Shown here: positions 62,306-64,000 of the stretch, in pieces
Position numbering within the stretch: the first letter of the stretch is position 1
How the letters are laid out: every line of letters starts with the position of its first letter
Position numbers and translations under genes: made by a program
The notes under the pieces: model-generated
Seen by the model: the letters and a program-made list of their open reading frames with translations, nothing else
Told to the model about the DNA's origin: nothing
Databases searched by the model: none
From: an uncultured Porphyromonadaceae bacterium
GTDB lineage: Bacteria > Bacteroidota > Bacteroidia > Bacteroidales > Muribaculaceae
NCBI GenBank assembly: GCA_947175265.1
Contig: CAMWMD010000003.1
Location: 49,804 to 113,803 of the forward strand
Reading direction: 5' to 3'
DNA length: 64,000 nucleotides

Positions 62306-62944
62306 ATGAAAAAGATTTTTACACTGCTCATGGCATTGCTCATGCTTGCCCCGGCGTATGCCGACCTTCAGAAGAAACTCGATAAGAAACTGGAGAAAGC
62401 CCAGGAAAAGGAGATGAAGGAGAAGAAAAAAGCGTATCAGAAAGGTGGCTGGGAAATCATGGGCAGCCGAACCATGGATGTGGCTCTCCTGAAGCATTAC
62501 AGCAAACTCAATGAACTTGGCGACGAGGGCCTTGTGTTTGATGGAACCGCACAGAATACTAAATCCAAAAACATTGCGGAGCAGATGGCTCTAAACAACG
62601 CAACCATCAAGTATGCTCAGAAAGCGGGCAGCACTGTAAAGGGACGCGTGATAAGCGACATAATGGCAGAAGGGACAGCAAATGAGGCTGAGTTTGAGAA
62701 ATTCTATGCAGCCTATGAGCGTCTTGTAGAACAGAACGTGAAGAATGTGCTTATTCCGAGTTACTCCGTAATCAAGCAGAATCCTGACGGCACATACGAG
62801 GTTCAGTCTTTCTTTATTGTTGACGAGTCTAAGGCAAGGGTAGCGCGTCTTGCTGCTCTTGAGAAGGCTATCCGTGAGACTGAGCTCGCACAGGAATACG
62901 CCAGTAAGGTAAGTGACTTTGCGAACGACAGAATAGAAGAATAG
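62306..62944 (+). CDS. Secreted hypothetical protein with Lys/Glu-rich N-terminal helix
   Basis: 212 aa with a signal peptide (LMLAPAYA). It has its own -7 box (62209..62216) and terminator (62988..63037). Confidence 0.6.
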   Translation: MKKIFTLLMALLMLAPAYADLQKKLDKKLEKAQEKEMKEKKKAYQKGGWEIMGSRTMDVALLKHYSKLNELGDEGLVFDGTAQNTKSKNIAEQMALNNATIKYAQKAGSTVKGRVISDIMAEGTANEAEFEKFYAAYERLVEQNVKNVLIPSYSVIKQNPDGTYEVQSFFIVDESKARVARLAALEKAIRETELAQEYASKVSDFANDRIEE

Positions 62945-62987
62945 GATCTGGCATCACGCTCTTCTCTCTGAGGAGCGTCACTCTATA

Positions 62988-63037
62988 CCACATGGAGAAG
63001 TCATTTCAAGGCATGCTCCATGTGGATTATTTATTTA
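62988..63037 (+). terminator. Rho-independent terminator after the 212-aa secreted protein gene
   Basis: A 10-bp perfect stem (CCACATGGAG / CTCCATGTGG) is followed by ATTATTTATTT. Confidence 0.7.
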
Positions 63038-63112
63038 CTTAACCTATATTATATTGCTTATTACGTTGATCTTTCCTCTCTTCATTGATTGACGTGGAAT
63101 GAAATTTAGGAA

Positions 63113-64000
63113 ATGAATCTCAAGAAGACAACATTGGCTATTTTGCTTGCACAAGCACTTTTCGTGGCGCCGCATGTGTATGGGAAGAAAAATGAGCCTG
63201 CTCAAAACACGGAGCAGACTGAAAACAGACGTACCGAATACAGTTTCAAACAGTCTGGCACCCCTATAAAACTCTCTCCCTACAATACTGTGGTTTACTC
63301 CATGACCCCCACTGATATTCTGACAATGCGCGGGGATGGACTGTACCATACGAAGAATCAATTGATGACCCTCTCCGTGATTCCTTCAGGTGTGAGTTAC
63401 GGTGTGGTCGAGCAGGATAAGAAGGGTAGGACCAAGGCCGGATTCTACAGCACTTCCGAATATGCGAAGAAACTCGGTGAACTCGACGTGAAGAAATACG
63501 GTCTTCCTTCAGCGATGGCATATAGCCCGGATGCAAGAAAGATATATGTCGCTACGGAGCAGGGCCTGAAGGTTTTCGAGCCCCGCAAGATGACACTCGT
63601 CGACTCTATGGAACTCCCGTTCATGCCTGCGGAGATGGCGGTCAGCGACAACGGTTATTATCTGACCATCTCTTCCGGAGACAGGGTGGCTGTCATTAAC
63701 ATAGAGCAGAAGAAGGTGCGCAGGGACTGGAGCTATGGTGTGAAGGTGACGGATATGACTTTCTCAGAGGGAAGTTCACAGTTCGCCGTGCTCACTGATG
63801 ATGGCATCCTCAGCGTCTATGATACCCGCAACTTCAACATAAAGAATACTATAGAGGATCTTGGCACCGGCATCGCGTGTGCTTTCAGCAACGACGGTAA
63901 ATATATATTCGTAGCCACTTCCCCCGAGACGCTTGAGGTGATAAACCTTGTGCGTCCGACCGACAGGAATACAATCCCGGTGGAAAACGGCGGAATTTCC
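63113..64000 (+). CDS. Secreted beta-propeller/WD40-like repeat protein, 3' end cut by window edge (absent from ORF track)
   Basis: Translation by hand from the ATG at 63113 gives MNLKKTTLAILLAQALFVAPHVYGKKNEP...SPDARKIYVATEQGLKVFEP...VSDNGYYLTISSGDRVAVINI...FSNDGKYIFVATSPETLEVINL. All 296 codons are open to the window end. The repeated 'D-G-x-Y-hydrophobic' strand motifs are propeller-like. Confidence 0.7.
   Translation, partial: MNLKKTTLAILLAQALFVAPHVYGKKNEPAQNTEQTENRRTEYSFKQSGTPIKLSPYNTVVYSMTPTDILTMRGDGLYHTKNQLMTLSVIPSGVSYGVVEQDKKGRTKAGFYSTSEYAKKLGELDVKKYGLPSAMAYSPDARKIYVATEQGLKVFEPRKMTLVDSMELPFMPAEMAVSDNGYYLTISSGDRVAVINIEQKKVRRDWSYGVKVTDMTFSEGSSQFAVLTDDGILSVYDTRNFNIKNTIEDLGTGIACAFSNDGKYIFVATSPETLEVINLVRPTDRNTIPVENGGIS

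Noticed and set aside
63044-63651. Three minus-strand ORFs (105, 90 and 68 aa) at the right end of the window.
   Set aside because: They are antisense to the open, signal-peptide-bearing plus-strand frame 63113..64000, and their translations look random.
1-64000. Search by eye for rRNA, tRNA, integrase/transposase genes, prophage genes, CRISPR-cas and known riboswitch cores.
   Set aside because: None was recognised. Intergenic regions are short and are explained by promoters, terminators and the repeats listed above. A tRNAscan/Infernal run would be needed to exclude small RNAs formally.

Overview
This is a 64-kb, gene-dense chromosomal window from a Bacteroidota (Bacteroidales-like) genome. 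The evidence is the SusC/SusD pairs, hybrid two-component sensors, T9SS-type C-terminal domains and many perfect TAnnTTTG (-7) promoter boxes. GC is about 50% by eye, with two small AT-rich patches. I support 42 protein-coding genes. Two are cut by the window edges, and one of those (63113..64000) is missing from the supplied ORF track because it has no stop codon. I recognised no rRNA, tRNA, CRISPR array, transposase or integrase. Layout: (1) 1-19.3 kb holds two tandem paralogous modules of periplasmic-binding-protein-type hybrid sensor + SusC + SusD; only the first also has a surface lipoprotein and a LamG+GH32-like enzyme (fructan-PUL architecture). (2) purC and an orphan trpB2-like gene. 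(3) 22-27.8 kb is a small accessory patch: an AT-rich PIN toxin/antitoxin cassette, a beta-barrel OMP, an MFS exporter, tyrA and a HipB/HipA module. (4) 27.8-38.7 kb holds two head-to-head SusC/SusD pairs without enzymes or regulators. Their 5' ends form an inverted repeat (72 bp perfect) that brackets a 0.95-kb segment carrying ogt and a single consensus promoter. This is my best candidate for something undescribed (an inversion switch between alternative SusC/SusD pairs), but it is unproven. (5) A His-rich COG0523 GTPase + lipoprotein + His-rich porin-like OMP operon (putative metal-starvation system). (6) A gadB-glsA-gadC acid-resistance/GABA cluster plus an MFS gene. (7) A housekeeping run: panB, leuS, rdgB, a PorZ-like T9SS protein, trmB, mrp/apbC, GT2, pldA, MATE, a bacterial GH3-family protein and secreted proteins. 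Two other points deserve a second look. The GH32-like enzyme has Glu where the family nucleophile Asp belongs and appears to end in a T9SS sorting domain. Several genes are followed, from the stop codon on, by short 9-bp-periodic degenerate repeat arrays. All calls rest on reading motifs by eye; no alignments, HMM searches or database searches were run.
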